From Seison nebaliae (lineage: Eukaryota): DNA of 64,000 nt. The notes beneath the pieces were generated by a model. That model did not search any database. It worked only from the letters and a program-made list of their open reading frames with translations, and was not told the origin of the DNA. The position numbers and the translations under genes were made by a program. Below are positions 12,430-26,140 of the stretch, piece by piece; the first letter of the stretch is position 1, and every line of letters starts with the position of its first letter. The stretch is taken from NCBI GenBank assembly GCA_023231475.1, contig JALJEE010000525.1, positions 1-64,000 of the forward strand, in the 5' to 3' direction.

Positions 12430-14005
12430 ATGAAATTTTTGAAATTTTTTCTTCTCATTCTCCTTTCCTTCTTTCATTCGAATTCCGCTCGATTAAATTG
12501 CACAGTCAGTAATTGTCAATATGGCAATACGATAAAAGGCGGGGACAAATCGTGCCAATGTGCCAATCCTTGTGAGAATGTGGATTGTGATGCTATTACA
12601 AAAGGAACTCACAATCGATGTGTTCCATTGAAAGTTCAATGTCAGTATGGTTGGTGTCCTCCGGCCAGTTTCCGTTGTCATTCGGGAGAAGAGAATGTCA
12701 TCGCGGTGACTAATCTTCGAATCGATATATCGCGAACGAAAAAAATCGGTTTAGTCAAAAAATAACCACCATAAATTTCCATGTAATTTTTTAGAGAAGA
12801 TTGATGCTTCTTGGGAATTACCATTGTTACATGATGATTATGATGCATTAACCTGTAGTTGCAATGGAGATCTTCGTTTTATGCCGAAATTTCAGGAAAA
12901 CTGCGTTTGTCCTCTCTTGCCGCAAATGCAAGTATGCGTCAGCGCCATTAAATTCATTTCACCGAGAATCTTCCCAGCCGTCTGCAATACTCATTCCGAA
13001 TGTTCTTATTCTTTCTAATAATTTCTATTTTGAAATTTCCTTTCTTTTTTGTCTCTCCGTTTTAGCTTTATGTTCACCATTAAATTGTATCTGTGAATAT
13101 GGTCATTTATATGACGAAAATGGTTGCAAAACTTGTCATTGTCAAGACAGTCCATGTATTGTTAACTATTATTTAATACTTAATACTTAATACTTAAAAT
13201 GTAAAATTTTTTCAGAAACATAAATGTGATAAAGGACAATTTTGTACGATGGAAGGACTAACTCCGAAATGTATCGATTGTTAATATTTTCTCTATGATA
13301 TTCATTAAACGATTTTTCAAGATATTCATGATTGTCAAGAATGGTATGATAATGGCGCTCATGTCAATGGAATTTATGAGATCTATCCCGATGAGACGAC
13401 TCCAATCAAAGTGAAATGTGAAATGAGAAATGACGAGAAGAAAGGTTACGCATATCTGATGTATCGGAAGGAGAAGTCGAAAATTAAGTTCGATAAAGAA
13501 TGGGACGAATACAAGGAAGGTTTCGGCGAATTCTCTGACGAGTATTGGTGGGGTTGGATTATTGTCTATTTTCATTTTATCTTTTAATTTTTAATAATTA
13601 GGTTTGGAGAATACTTACAGATATTCATCTTATCGTCTCAGGACATTGAGGGCGAAGTTGTTAGATGACAATAATGCATGGCGAGTTATGCATTATGAGA
13701 AATTCGGTGTTTTCAACGAATCTAATGAATATCGAATGATTATTCATCATCCATCATATGAAGGAAATATCACTCATACGTATGCTTATCGACGAACTTT
13801 CGACTATTTGTTCGATGAACCTTTCTCCACTTGGGATCGCGACAATAATCGACATTGGTTCAACAAAAATTGCCCCGAGAAGTACAAGGGAGGCTGGTGG
13901 TTCTTCGAATGCGACTTCGCATGTTTCACTTGTGCCAATGCCACATACAAACCATGGACGAATAATCGTTGGCATACGCAGTCTGTCATTCTACAGATGC
14001 ACTAA
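12430..14005 (+). CDS. Secreted protein with Cys-rich antistasin-like repeats and a C-terminal fibrinogen-related domain (6 exons)
   Basis: Signal peptide MKFLKFFLLILLSFFHSNSA. Antistasin-like CICEYGHLYDENGCKTCHC. Fibrinogen-domain motifs DCQEWY...NGIYEIYP, WDEYKEGFG...EYWWG|LEN, FSTWDRDN, GGWWFFEC. Five short GTT-AG introns join the frames. Confidence 0.85.
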
Positions 14006-14384
14006 ACTTTAATGCGATTAATATCTCTTAGCAACATAATTTCTTCTATTCTTCTTTTCTATTATTATTATTATTATTAAAAATTCCATAAAACATTTTT
14101 CTTTCGTCATGAATCATTTGTATGAAGCCGATTTCAATGAATTCTCCAAAAATAAACCTGAAACATTCAGACGTTGGTTAGACGTCGAATTAAAAAACAA
14201 ATCTAATATCGAATGTTCTTTCTTTTTTTTTCGTTTAAAATTTCCATCAATTTCTTTAATTAAGTTGAAAAACCGAAATTTATTGCTACAAATATTCCTC
14301 CAAAACAAATTCAACAGAAACAAACATTGAACGACGTGGGATTGTCGTTAAATTTAAAGAAAAAATAAATATTCCTTTCTTAAT

Positions 14385-17300
14385 TTATTCTTCTCGATAC
14401 TTTCGAAAACGTTTTCCGAACCGTATTACTATTGTGCGTAAAATACTTTGAGAATAAATGTCTTTTAGTATCTTCCTAAAAAAAGATTGAAAAGAAATCG
14501 TCAAAAAGAACGGGGAAAAACCATCATGAGATATCGAGTTAATGATCCATTCATAAACCGTTGATCATAGTTCAATCTTCTAAATTTTGAATTCATCAAT
14601 TTTCTTCTAACATCGAATAATTTCTGCATATCATGATGTTTGTCACGTTGACGAAATGAGTTGAATTTTCTTTTAAAAGTTTCAGCGAACGCTTTCGCCT
14701 CATCGGCATCCATCGTTTTCGGTTTCACAAACGAACTTATCCCTCTCGTACTATCGGTCGTTTTCTTTCTTCGACCTTCATGATCATAACTTACTTTGAA
14801 ATTTTTCTTGAGAATAAAAATATAAATTTGAAAATTTTTATAAAAAATCAAAACCAAATAATGTTTTCGGACCATATATTGAATGGTCCATTTGGTGAGG
14901 ACATTCCTCTCCTCTAATGATTCGTAGAGGTTCTCTAATTTACTGCGCGTCTTCAATTTGACTGAACCTTTCAATGTATCAGGATATAATCGTAATTGTT
15001 TTATTCCAGCAGCTAAAAGTAATAGAATGATTTGTAGAAATGAGAGAAAAGGAAATAACAATAATACCATAATTCTTTCTCTGTCAAAATATCGTTTTTA
15101 AAAGGTTTATTCAAAATATATGCTTCGATATGATATTTGTTAATCTAAATAAAACATTTGAATCATAAAATCATCATCATCAGGGTGAAGAATGAAAACT
15201 ATAATTTTATCTCCTAATAAATTCCATCGATCATCGATCATTAATTTATTTCGCCACACTTCCTTCGTTTCTCCCATCGCTCTCGATAATCTAATCGATT
15301 CTAAAAAAGGAAAATAATTGAGAAAAAAAGAAATATTTTTAAAATTGAAAAACTTGCTGTAGTTAGAGATCGTCGACTTTTATTACTAGAGATCTGAGAT
15401 TGGAATGTTTTCGGATCATAATTCTCGTAAAAATGTACGACGGGAATAATGACTGATCCGTAGCCTTGTTGTTTGATGAATAATTTACCGTTGTTAAATA
15501 CACGTAGCTCGATAAGATCTTCAGGATTAGTCGTTCTCAAAATAAGAGTTGCTTCAAAAGTTTTATTCACAGTTAAAAACTGTCTAGAGAAAGTTGAAAA
15601 GAAATGAATGAAAACGTAAGAAAAAGAAACTTTGTTAATAGTTTTGTTGAGGCATTCAACGAGAAATTGAATACTTGAACTGCTACGTATTCTTCGAAAT
15701 TCGCTTTTATTTCAGATGATGGTAAATTGTATTGAAGTAGTTTCGATAAGAAATATGGAGAAAGATGAGGTACATTCTTTATATCATATTTGTAAACGGG
15801 AATATTATCAACATCGGCATACGATCCACGAACGACTTTCATTTCTTTTGCCTTACTCGAATCTCTTGCTCTCTTCTTCTCAATATCTCTTTTATTCATC
15901 TTCTCAACAGGTGGACTCTCTTTCTTTTTGGCGGAAGTTGATGTCTGTGGATCTTTTTCATTTTGTTGGGGCACATTGTATAATGTTACCGGTAATTCAG
16001 GTCGGTCGATGAGATCTGTCGCTTTCGAATTGGCAATCTCTTTGTGAATTCTCTCGTTGAATTCATCAAAACGAAATTTACTCTCTAAATATTTTATTTT
16101 TCCCCAATGCTCCTCACTAATCAACGGTATGGGAATGTGAGAGACGATTTTTAGTTGCCATTTAATTTCATACGAATTCAATCGGATATCGCACAACACT
16201 TCATCACTCAATCTCAAACATACGACAATTGTATAACCATTCTATTATGAGAAATTAAATAATGTAATTAAATGAATTAAAAATTGAACGTTATTTGGTG
16301 GAAATAGATATGGTAATGGGTCGCCACCTAATTTGAATGTCGATTGGAAATTGTCATTGTTGACGATAAATATCATTGGTGTTATTGCCCAGCATAAATC
16401 TTCTTTCACATTCTTGGTCTCTTCACCTTCCACTGGTGACGATGGTGGTTTTATCGTTTTTCTCACTTTAACTGCCGGAGTTATCGTGATCTTTTTCAAA
16501 GAATATTCAAAGAGAATTTTCCTCGTGTATAACCACCAGTCATTGGAAGCGTTGTTGGAGTAAGTAAAATCGTTGGCAATTTCCATATATTCTTCCATAC
16601 TAAACGGTGATCGATAAGTTCCTCTAGAAAAATGTAAAACTTTTTAAAAAATAATTGAGAGAAAAGAAGAGAAACTGATGAAGTAGAAGGAGATTCTCAA
16701 ATCCTTTCCTCGATTTCGTGGTATCGACAAATGAATAATTGAAAGTGTGAGTTTGTTGAGTACCAGTAACTCGGGAGAAGTAATTGTAACCGAGAGAATG
16801 ACAATCCAAATTGAAAACGGTAAAAGGATTAATGAACATTTTATGCCAATGCAAAACGTCTTTCATCGTCAATTCTTCCACCAAATTCTTAAGAAATATC
16901 CTCAATTTCTTCTCTTTTTTTATATGGACACTGTCGTTTAACAACTTTAAAAAATAACAACAATGTTGAAGTAATTGCACTTCGTTCATTTTGATGAATC
17001 CATGTGTCTTCCGACGTACTTCATTGGACACCATTCCAATTCTACAATTTTTAATTAATAAAATAATTAAATTTCATATAATCATAAATTGAAAAAAAAC
17101 GTTTTCGTCTTGTGAAATCGATAAGTCTCGAATTCTTCATGATATTTGAAGAATGTCCGATAGAAACGATGATGATAAAGTTCTTCCAAAGTTATCGGAT
17201 CGTTCTCGTCCGTTAGAACGAGAGAACTCCTCATATCATATACCATTGTTATTATGGAGTATAGACATTTTTGTATAATCACTTTCTTCAACTTTCGCAT

Positions 17301-20300
17301 ACTGATTTGAATTTTGTGGAAATTTAAATTAGTGATACGATGTCGAACAATCGTTGAGAGTTTCCTGTATAATTTATCAATACTACAACCATACGCTACA
17401 TTCAATTTTTCCGATCCTTTCTCAATCACATGAAAGATGGCATGAATGAGATGAACAACTTGTTGATCATACTGAAATGAATTGAATTATGACATTTTCA
17501 ATGAAAGATAAATTAATGAACTTTTATTAAAGATTCAGATAATTCTACTTTATCGTAAATCTTCACAGGATGTTTCGCATGAATTCTTAAATTACAATCG
17601 ATTGGAACATAAAGTTCAACATTGAAAATTTGTCGACTATTAATTTAAGTTTAACATTATTATTATTATTAATGGAGTAACCCTTTAGGTAGAGTAAATC
17701 TGATATTATCATAGGAATTACATGAAATTTGGAAATAGTCATGTTTCCTTGGTGGACATAAAATACCTTGGCCATATTTGCCTTTAGTACCGAAAGCGGA
17801 TTGAATGACTATTGTCGATTCATTTTCAAGAAAAATACTTTTTGGTAACGCGATGGAGTTGTTGAATGATGAGAACGCCGAACTTTTTCTTGGTAAATAA
17901 TCGATCAATTCTTCCGTTTCTTCGACTGTATCAGGCACCATATCGGCAGCTCCCATAAACTCCGGAGTATCCAACAACTTCAAGAGAATTGGGGTAATGA
18001 TATTTTCGTTATGTTCCTCGTCATTCTGAATGAACCATTCAATCGATGGCTCTACCAATTGTTTCTTCGACGTGGTGGAATCGGCTAAGACACTTGGAGT
18101 TCTTTTCTTCGCTAAATACCATCTGGGCAATGAACTGATATCGATGACAACATCATTCTCTTTGTTGGAATCGGTCACTAAATAGAATTGATGAACTGTC
18201 GCCTGATTCATCATATTTTGGCCATCGCAATACGTTTTGGGTAGGAGGAAATGAGGATAATTTAGACGATATTTATCCAAAAATTTCCGTTCCGTTCCTC
18301 GTGGCAATAATACACTTAACAACTTCTTACTCGTATATAGTTCCAGAGTGGAATTATATTGTTCCATTTGTTTCGCGGTCAATACGTAATCGAAGAATGT
18401 CAATGTATCCACAATCGACATCCATTTATCACTGTAGATATTGTCCTCTTTGACTGAGATTCCGTTAGCGGAACGTTTACATAAAGACTAAAAAATTAGA
18501 TAATATTATTAGAAATAACAATTCAATTAATTATTAAATAATAAATTAATTAATTAATAAATAAAAATGTTATTAATGAAAATAATAAAATAATATTATA
18601 TTATATATTATTATTTAAAAAAAATAAAACTTCAGGAATTTTTTCCACAACTAATCGATCTCGATCGATATGGATCTTCTCCGTATTAATAATCGAATCT
18701 CGAATTTCGTTATCTGGTTCTGTGAATGGTGTGACGAATTCGGGATTGTGTTGAGCGCACAATTCACGCCAAAGTTCATTCCAGACGATTCGAATTTCTT
18801 TTTCACTTCCCTCCAAACTCTCTAACAACTTGTCCGTTACGCAATTGCTGTAGATCAGTAACAATTGGAAGAGTTTTGATGGAAATGATGGATAACAAAA
18901 TTGACACATTTCTGTAACATAATCTTGATTAAAGATTAATAGAGATCCACTACTAGTTGTGGTGGTGGAGGATAAGTCGCTTTCAACGGAACGATCTGTC
19001 GTTTGAATTCGTCTAGGAATTAAAGAGAATTCGGGGAATTCTCTTGAAATTAATTGTGTCAATTCATTCGAGTTTTTCATTAATTCTATTCTCATTCTTT
19101 CATTAATCAAATGATTATCATGCCATTTCTTAATGACATTCTGATAATATTCCGTTTGTTCTTTACAGAAATATTGATAAACTAATTTATCCATTCTGTT
19201 GGGTAGAACACTCTCCGTAATAATCTTCTCCTCTTCCAACGATAAGATATTATCTTTCGGATTAATAAATTGATATTGAATGAATGTTTGAAAACTGAAA
19301 TGTTTATACCAAAATTGTTGAGTCTCCAAATTCTCCCAATCGAACATGTCGAGTTGATTTATTTTTCCGAAGACGCCACTCAACGAATCGGGTACAAACG
19401 AATTAGTTAATAATCGTTTCTCTCTTGTAAATCGGTTCAAGAGCGGCGGATATTTTTGAATTACATTCAACAATTGATTCGATATATTTGCATAAAATAT
19501 TGCGTCTTTTATTGGAATGGTAGTAATTCCATATCGATTGAGAATTATCGGTTGATTATTATTGATGAGATCGATGATTGGTGACGTCACTTGTAACATG
19601 AGTTGATGTGATTTCAAAAAGTGACTCCATTCTTCTGTTAATCCGATGGGATTAGGAAACGTCGTCGGTCGATACATCTTCCATCGTGGAGTGGATTGAT
19701 GTATATCGTTACAAGTCTTCAATAACAAATCTCGAGGAGTAGCACATCTTTTGATGAGAAGTGAATGTCCACGTTCAACCAATGAACATAATTTAGTACG
19801 AAACGATTGTAAATGCTGATCATCATCTCTCACATTCGATGCGACGACTAATAATTTCTGTTGAACCTTCGTAACGGACGATTGATGCTTCTTAATCACT
19901 GCGTTCACTTCCAAATTCTCCGCTTCGTTTTGAAGGAAAGTACTAAATTTCAAACGGTTTCTTGTATTCCTGTCAAAATCATTAAATTTAAAAATCAGAG
20001 AAAATTATTCGAATTTTATTACTTCAATTTCACTTTGTCGATCGACCATCCCGTTAATGTATGGAATACCAATTGCTCCACTCGACAATAATCAAAATTT
20101 CTCTGATGACAACTAAAAGGAAATGAAAGGAAAATTTTTAAAAAATTTCAAAAATTTTAACGATATCGATAAAATTTTCAAAATGGCTTTGAATAAGATT
20201 AATGGCCAAATCTCATTACGAATGCTCGACTCTGGTAAAAGTGAACGGCCTTGCTCGTCTAATGGAACCAGTGTGTCTACCAGGATCTTTCGCCAAGCGC

Positions 20301-21083
20301 CCATGAAATATAGTTTGACTGCATATTTTCCTTTCGAATTGAGCGGAATCGTACCGTAACTAGTGATGGATGTTCTGACGGGTGCTCTCTTCTCCCCAGG
20401 ATTATAGATGACATCCCAGGGATGCCAACCGTTGTCGATGGAAAGTAATTTATGATATTTCGGTTTGTGACTAATCAACAAATGTCGGTAAGCATTCCAC
20501 AGATGATCTAAAACAGATATAATAATTCGGTAGACTGGAGTCATCTCCACTACACTCTTATTGGAAGTGATTAAATCGATCGATCTTCCTTGTTGACCGA
20601 CACTTGCATTCACACAAGGTGTCTCACCAATATACAATTCAGCGAATTGCCACGCCGTTGGTTCTATATTATCCGGCAACATATTATTACCTTCCGGATC
20701 TACAAAAATTCCTGTCGACTCCATTTGTTTTTCCTATTTGAAAACGAATCATAAAAAATACAATTTAAGATGATGTGAAACTGTTTCAAAGTAATCCTCA
20801 TACGGTCTTCGTTTCATGTTTAGCAATTGTAATTTTTTGGAGACCAACGGATAAATGTAAGCGACATGCTCAGCATGAATCTTCCCATCTAACCATTTCT
20901 CGTTCGCCAAATCATATTCATTCCATTCGGGCCATATCGTCGGAAGTAATCTACTTTCACGATTAAGTGCATTAACTAATGGTTTACCATATCTTTAGAG
21001 ATATTATCAATGAACGAAAAGACGAAAGAGACAAACGAAGTTGTATATTTACGAACCGACAAAGTTGACTCGTTCATCTTCAT
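14385..21083 (-). CDS. ADGB: Androglobin (calpain-like domain plus permuted globin region), about 17 exons, divergent
   Basis: IWPEWNEYDLANEKW, GIFVDPEG, GKYAVKLYFMGAWRKILVDTLVP...EIWPLILFKAILK, LPKGRQIF, GDPLPYLFPPNNNGYTIV, GYGSVIIPVVHF, in androglobin order. Confidence 0.85.
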
Positions 21084-21370
21084 CTAAAGTTTTTTTTAAA
21101 ATTATTTTCTTTGCAAAAAAATTCCATTAACTCCTTCCATATGTAGAGATGAGATTATTACACATATAACAAATTTCCATTAAATTTTATGTATACGAAA
21201 TATAAAATCAGATTAAGGATGAGTCAACGTTAGAGGGAAAAGATTTTATTTTATTCTTCTTACAATGAGTCATCGTTAATTTGAAATTTGAAAGAATTCT
21301 AGAAACTATAAAAATTTATGTTCTGATTTATGGAATATTCATTTTAATTGATGGGCAAATTGAATTGCAT

Positions 21371-21980
21371 TCAATTCGTTTTGTACGTTCCTTCGCCCTT
21401 ATATCCAGTAACATATCCTTTGTTGTCGTTGACATCTTCACGACCTTCAATACCTTTTCCAGTTCCATCGGCGTTGAAACGATTTTTGTGCATACCAGTA
21501 TAATTCGCCGTATCTGTCATACGATCCACATTGTTCTTATTAGCAACTCCCTAATTCGTAATAGTTGAAGAGATCGAAGAAAGAAAGAAAGAAAAAAACT
21601 GTTGTATTGTCGAGTGATGGTCCTTCCAAACTTTCGATTTTACTCATAATATTTGCCGCATCGGTTTTCTTGCTTTCTGCAATCTGCTCCACCAACGCCT
21701 TAAATCCTTTATAGTTCAGAGTTTTACTTCATAAACATAAATAAATAATTCATCCTACAATTACAACTAACATTCCTTTGACATACGACGGTTCGTTATT
21801 CTTGATGAGTTTGCCAATCACTCGCGCTACATCATTGTCTAAGGAGTTGGACGTGTATTTGTTGTCGAGTACTCCACATTCCTTCATCATTTTAGTGACG
21901 TTACGAGTTTCAATACGAGGTGGCCCCTGTTGTTTTGCAGTTTTGCCAAAGTTGACATAGTCATTAAAAACCTTTTGCAT
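21371..21980 (-). CDS. TPPP: Tubulin polymerization-promoting protein (p25-alpha family), 3 coding exons
   Basis: [56 protein letters not shown]. Confidence 0.92.
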
Positions 21981-23314
21981 TTTGGGCACTAAACAAAAAA
22001 ATAGAACTAAAAGAAAAACTAAAAAAATAAAAACTAAAACAATAATTAGTTAAGTCAAACTACTTTTATACCTAATTTCCACTTCAATTTTATTAATTTA
22101 AAGAAATTTACGTACTTTTATGTCAATACTCAAAACGAGTGAGCAACGGAAATAATATGTCATATTTAATTGCTAATTTAATACACTTTTACAGGATTCG
22201 ATCGATATTGAAATTTTTCTCTTAATTCATTTTCTAATTATCGTATTATTGACTGAAGTGTCACGTTTGAGAGAAATTCGGAAACTTCCGAAGGCAATTT
22301 CTGTGGAACAAAAAAAAATCTCACTCAAAACTTTCAAAATGTTTTCATGTTTTTTTTTAATATTATCATATCAGAATTGTTGTCAGGTGAACGGCAATAA
22401 AATATTCTCTTCTCAAAAACAACTTCTAATAAGAAGTTCAATTTCAACAAATGGTAACATAACTCCGAGTAATGGTCCAGAATTATCTTCCTTTAACTCT
22501 ATATACTTTAATCATCCTCATGAGATTATGTCGACGTATAAGTTTGTTCTCTTTTCAAAAGGCCATTTGGCAAGGTTAATGACTAATTATTAAAACATAT
22601 AGCAACTGGTCGATATTTTCCTTTTCTAGCTTGTAATTTTTTATTTAATATTCAATAAGCATTCCAACTTAAGTTATTAGGCGAAGGTCGACTAGCAACA
22701 AACTATGATTGGGTTAACGGTAAATTTGTTCCTCTTAAAACTTTTCGGATAATTATGTGATAAAAGATAGACAAAATATAAATTTTGGAAGTTAAATATC
22801 CGATTTTATAAAATATAAAATTAATTTGGCTAAAATGAAATAAAATTAATTTTTTGATGAACAATTCAAATTTTAAATAAGATTGATAAAGAATTTTGTA
22901 TATTTGAAAGATGGTTAAACTGATATTAGGTAAAATGGGATTGGTGAGAAAATTTAAATTTAAAGGAAAAAAAATTATGGGAAATTTTTCCTTGTTATGT
23001 GAATAGATGTGTTTTTGGAAAGAAAGCTCGAAATTGCCAAAGCCAAAAAGTGTTAATAATTAATCATTGCAGGACTCTAATAATTTTTTAATTTGGGCAC
23101 GAATATACATCGACGAATTGAGACGATAGGATTAGGAATAGATGACAAATTGACGACAAAGGAACGGAGTGACGAATCATTGGAAGAAAATTTGAGGGAA
23201 AACGATCTCGATATATTTGGGAATAGTTAGCTTCCGATCGTTTGTGTTTACAAGAGTTATTTATTGCATTTGGAAAGAATTTCTTAATCTACTTTGCTAG
23301 TGAATTACGAGAAG

Positions 23315-26029
23315 ATGGAACAGAATCATTACGAAGAAACCAATCCAATGCTCCATAACCATAATGACGGTATTGAATTTAATTTTTCTTCCCATCTCTT
23401 TATCGATCCAGATCGAAATCCACAAGCACAATTCATAAAGAAATTGTGGAAATTGGTGAATGATCCTCAATCGAGAAATATCGTCTCATGGCATCCAGTT
23501 ACCGTTTTTATCGTCCAATTAATAATTTTATATCCAATTCCAGAATGGAAAATCGTTTTTTATTCATAATACCAATTTGTTTTGTGAGACGGTTCTCCCT
23601 TCATATTTCAAACATCGAAATGTAGCCAGTTTCGTTCGACAACTAAACATGTGTTAGTTCTTCAATACTTTTCCGTTTTACTAAAGTTTGAAATATGAAG
23701 ATGGTTTTAAGAAAGTTTCCGGTGCGGACAAAGGCAGTTTAAAAAATTCAGAAGTTGAAGTAGAATTTCAACATCCTCATTTCCAACGACAATATCCGAC
23801 ATTTCTGGAAAGAATTAAACGAAAAGTTTTTATAATTATTTTCAAATATAATAATATTTTTCAAATTAAAATTTTCTTCTTAGGGAACGACTGAAGGGAA
23901 AACTGAATCGAAATTAAGTGAAAATTTAGAGAACGTTATGTCGGAAGTGAAAGTGTTGAAGAATAAAACTTTCGATCTCAATTCCGAATATCATCAATTG
24001 ATGCAGTTCACTTTTTCGAGTTGTGCTAAGTCTCTAAACTCCCAATTGTTAGATTCAATAAACTTCTTTATAAAGAAATTCTTCGACTGAAATCACAGAA
24101 TAGCACATATGCTTACACTGTCACCAAAGTTCTTTTTTGTTAAAAAAAGAAAAAATTTAAATGAATTTCTCTTGGAAAAGTTAATTGAATTGTTCCAAAC
24201 TTTGTTAATGAGTCGATTCGCTAAACCATACGATCAGAATGACGATCGTAATTTGAGTCAACAACTCAAGTTGGGTCACACCAATCAGCAAAACTTATTG
24301 ATGATCGAACATAACAAGAACGAAAGTGACAATCGAAGATATCAACGAAATTCAGATAATCAGAAGTCGAGAAATCATCATGAAAACCATTTCAACCATC
24401 AATATAATATGAGAAATAATGAGAGTGATGTGAATGTTGATATAATGGACAATAACTACTACAGCAATCCCCGTTCACTCTGTTCGGAGTATGAGAACAC
24501 TTTCAATCCTTCCACATCCTTCAATCTTCGCAGTGCACACAATCTGCACAATAATTCCAATTTCACTAACAATCAAATTGTGCCGTGCAATGGAAAAGAG
24601 TCCATATTAGAATCATTCAACAACACCATTCAACAATTGGAGAAATTGAAATTGTGTGTGAATAATGGAAACTTCGATTTTTGTAAATCGCCATTAAACG
24701 ATAGTTTCCAGAATTTGTTAAGACATCAAGGTAAGAAACGTTCATATCAGAACGAGACATATTCCAATAATTATTCGTGTAATAGTCCAGCTGAATCAAC
24801 TATCACCAATGAAATGATGGAACAATATCCATTTCGCAAAAAGGAGAAATATATGGAGGACGTTGACGATCAATATCGTAAAAAGGAGAAATATATGGAA
24901 AATATTGATAATCAATATCGTAAAAAGGAAAAATTTATGGAAGATGTTGATGATCAATATCGTAAGAAAGAGAAATTTATGGAAGATATCGATGATCAAT
25001 ATCGTAAAAAAGAGAAATATATGGAAGATGTTGATGACACATATTTGTATGATGATTTGGATGACGATAATAATGGGATGATGGATAATGACTCGAATTA
25101 TTCACTTCGACATTCACTCACGTCCAACGATCTAAGAAAACGGAAATATAATGGAAACGACCATAATCGGTCGATGACGTCGTTGAATTCGGATAAGAAT
25201 TTCCCTGATCCATTTGTGAAGAGCACAAATAATTTTTTCTTATCTCATGAAACGGAGAATAATCAACGTCATACGATTAATGATAGTCCTTTCTTAAAAT
25301 CACAAAACAGTCGAGATCGATCATCATTGACCGAGAACTTTCAAGATAATATGAACGATCGTATCAATTCCGTCGGATCGTCAAATTCCATAAAATTATC
25401 GAACGGTTCTGATAATCTTTTCAATTATAAACCATATAAAACTCAAGGTAGCATGTTATCGAATAATAACGGTAAGAATAAAGTGAATCTTTTCGACAGG
25501 AATCAATCGAGAACAAATGTCGACACCTTCAATCCACCATCATCAACTCACATCGAACCATCATCATTAACAGAGAACCGAAAGAAACAGTTCGTGTCCA
25601 ACAATCGAAAACCACCCAACAAAAATTATCATGAAGATCCAATGAATTTTAATTATAATAATGATAACATGTTCTCTTCTGCACAAGCTAATCGGAAAAT
25701 GGCAAATCGTTTCAAAGAAAATAACTCGAATTTTTTATCGATGAACAATTTTAAGTTTTAATATTTTTTTTTCCATTTTTCAATTTAAAATTTTTTTATT
25801 TAGCCAATCGAATTTATTGGAGAATGTTATCGATTCCAATATGAATAATAACAATAGAAATCAGGTGAATATGGATGATGGTCCGAATGAAAGTGGTAGC
25901 AACTCCACAAACTTCAATAATCTTCAAATGGATCTCGATAAAAATAACGAGAATTTGAGTGATAATGATTTATTTAATTTCCCTTCTGTTAAATCATCTT
26001 CCTCCAAACCTTTTGGATATGATTCGTAG
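23315..26029 (+). CDS. HSF: Heat shock transcription factor, 7 exons
   Basis: DNA-binding domain FIKKLWKLVND...SWHP|NGKSF...LPSYFKHRNVASFVRQLNM|YGFKKV...EFQHPHF...LERIKRK, then a heptad region and an Asn-rich C-terminus. Confidence 0.93.
24829..25038 (+). repeat. Coding tandem repeat, 42 bp (14 aa) x5, inside HSF
   Basis: QYRKKEK[YF]ME[DN][VI]D[DN] repeated five times; the first unit starts PF instead of QY. Confidence 0.95.
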
Positions 26030-26140
26030 TTGATTTTAATTTATTCATTTTTCCATTTTAATCTCTTTCTCATCAGTTTTCTTTTTTTCTCATCTCAATC
26101 TTTCTTTCTTCTCGGAAATGAAAAAACGAAAATATAATTT

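Noticed and set aside
22249..22593. 114 aa ORF between TPPP and HSF
   Set aside because: Starts at TTG, has no recognisable motifs and no convincing splice partners.
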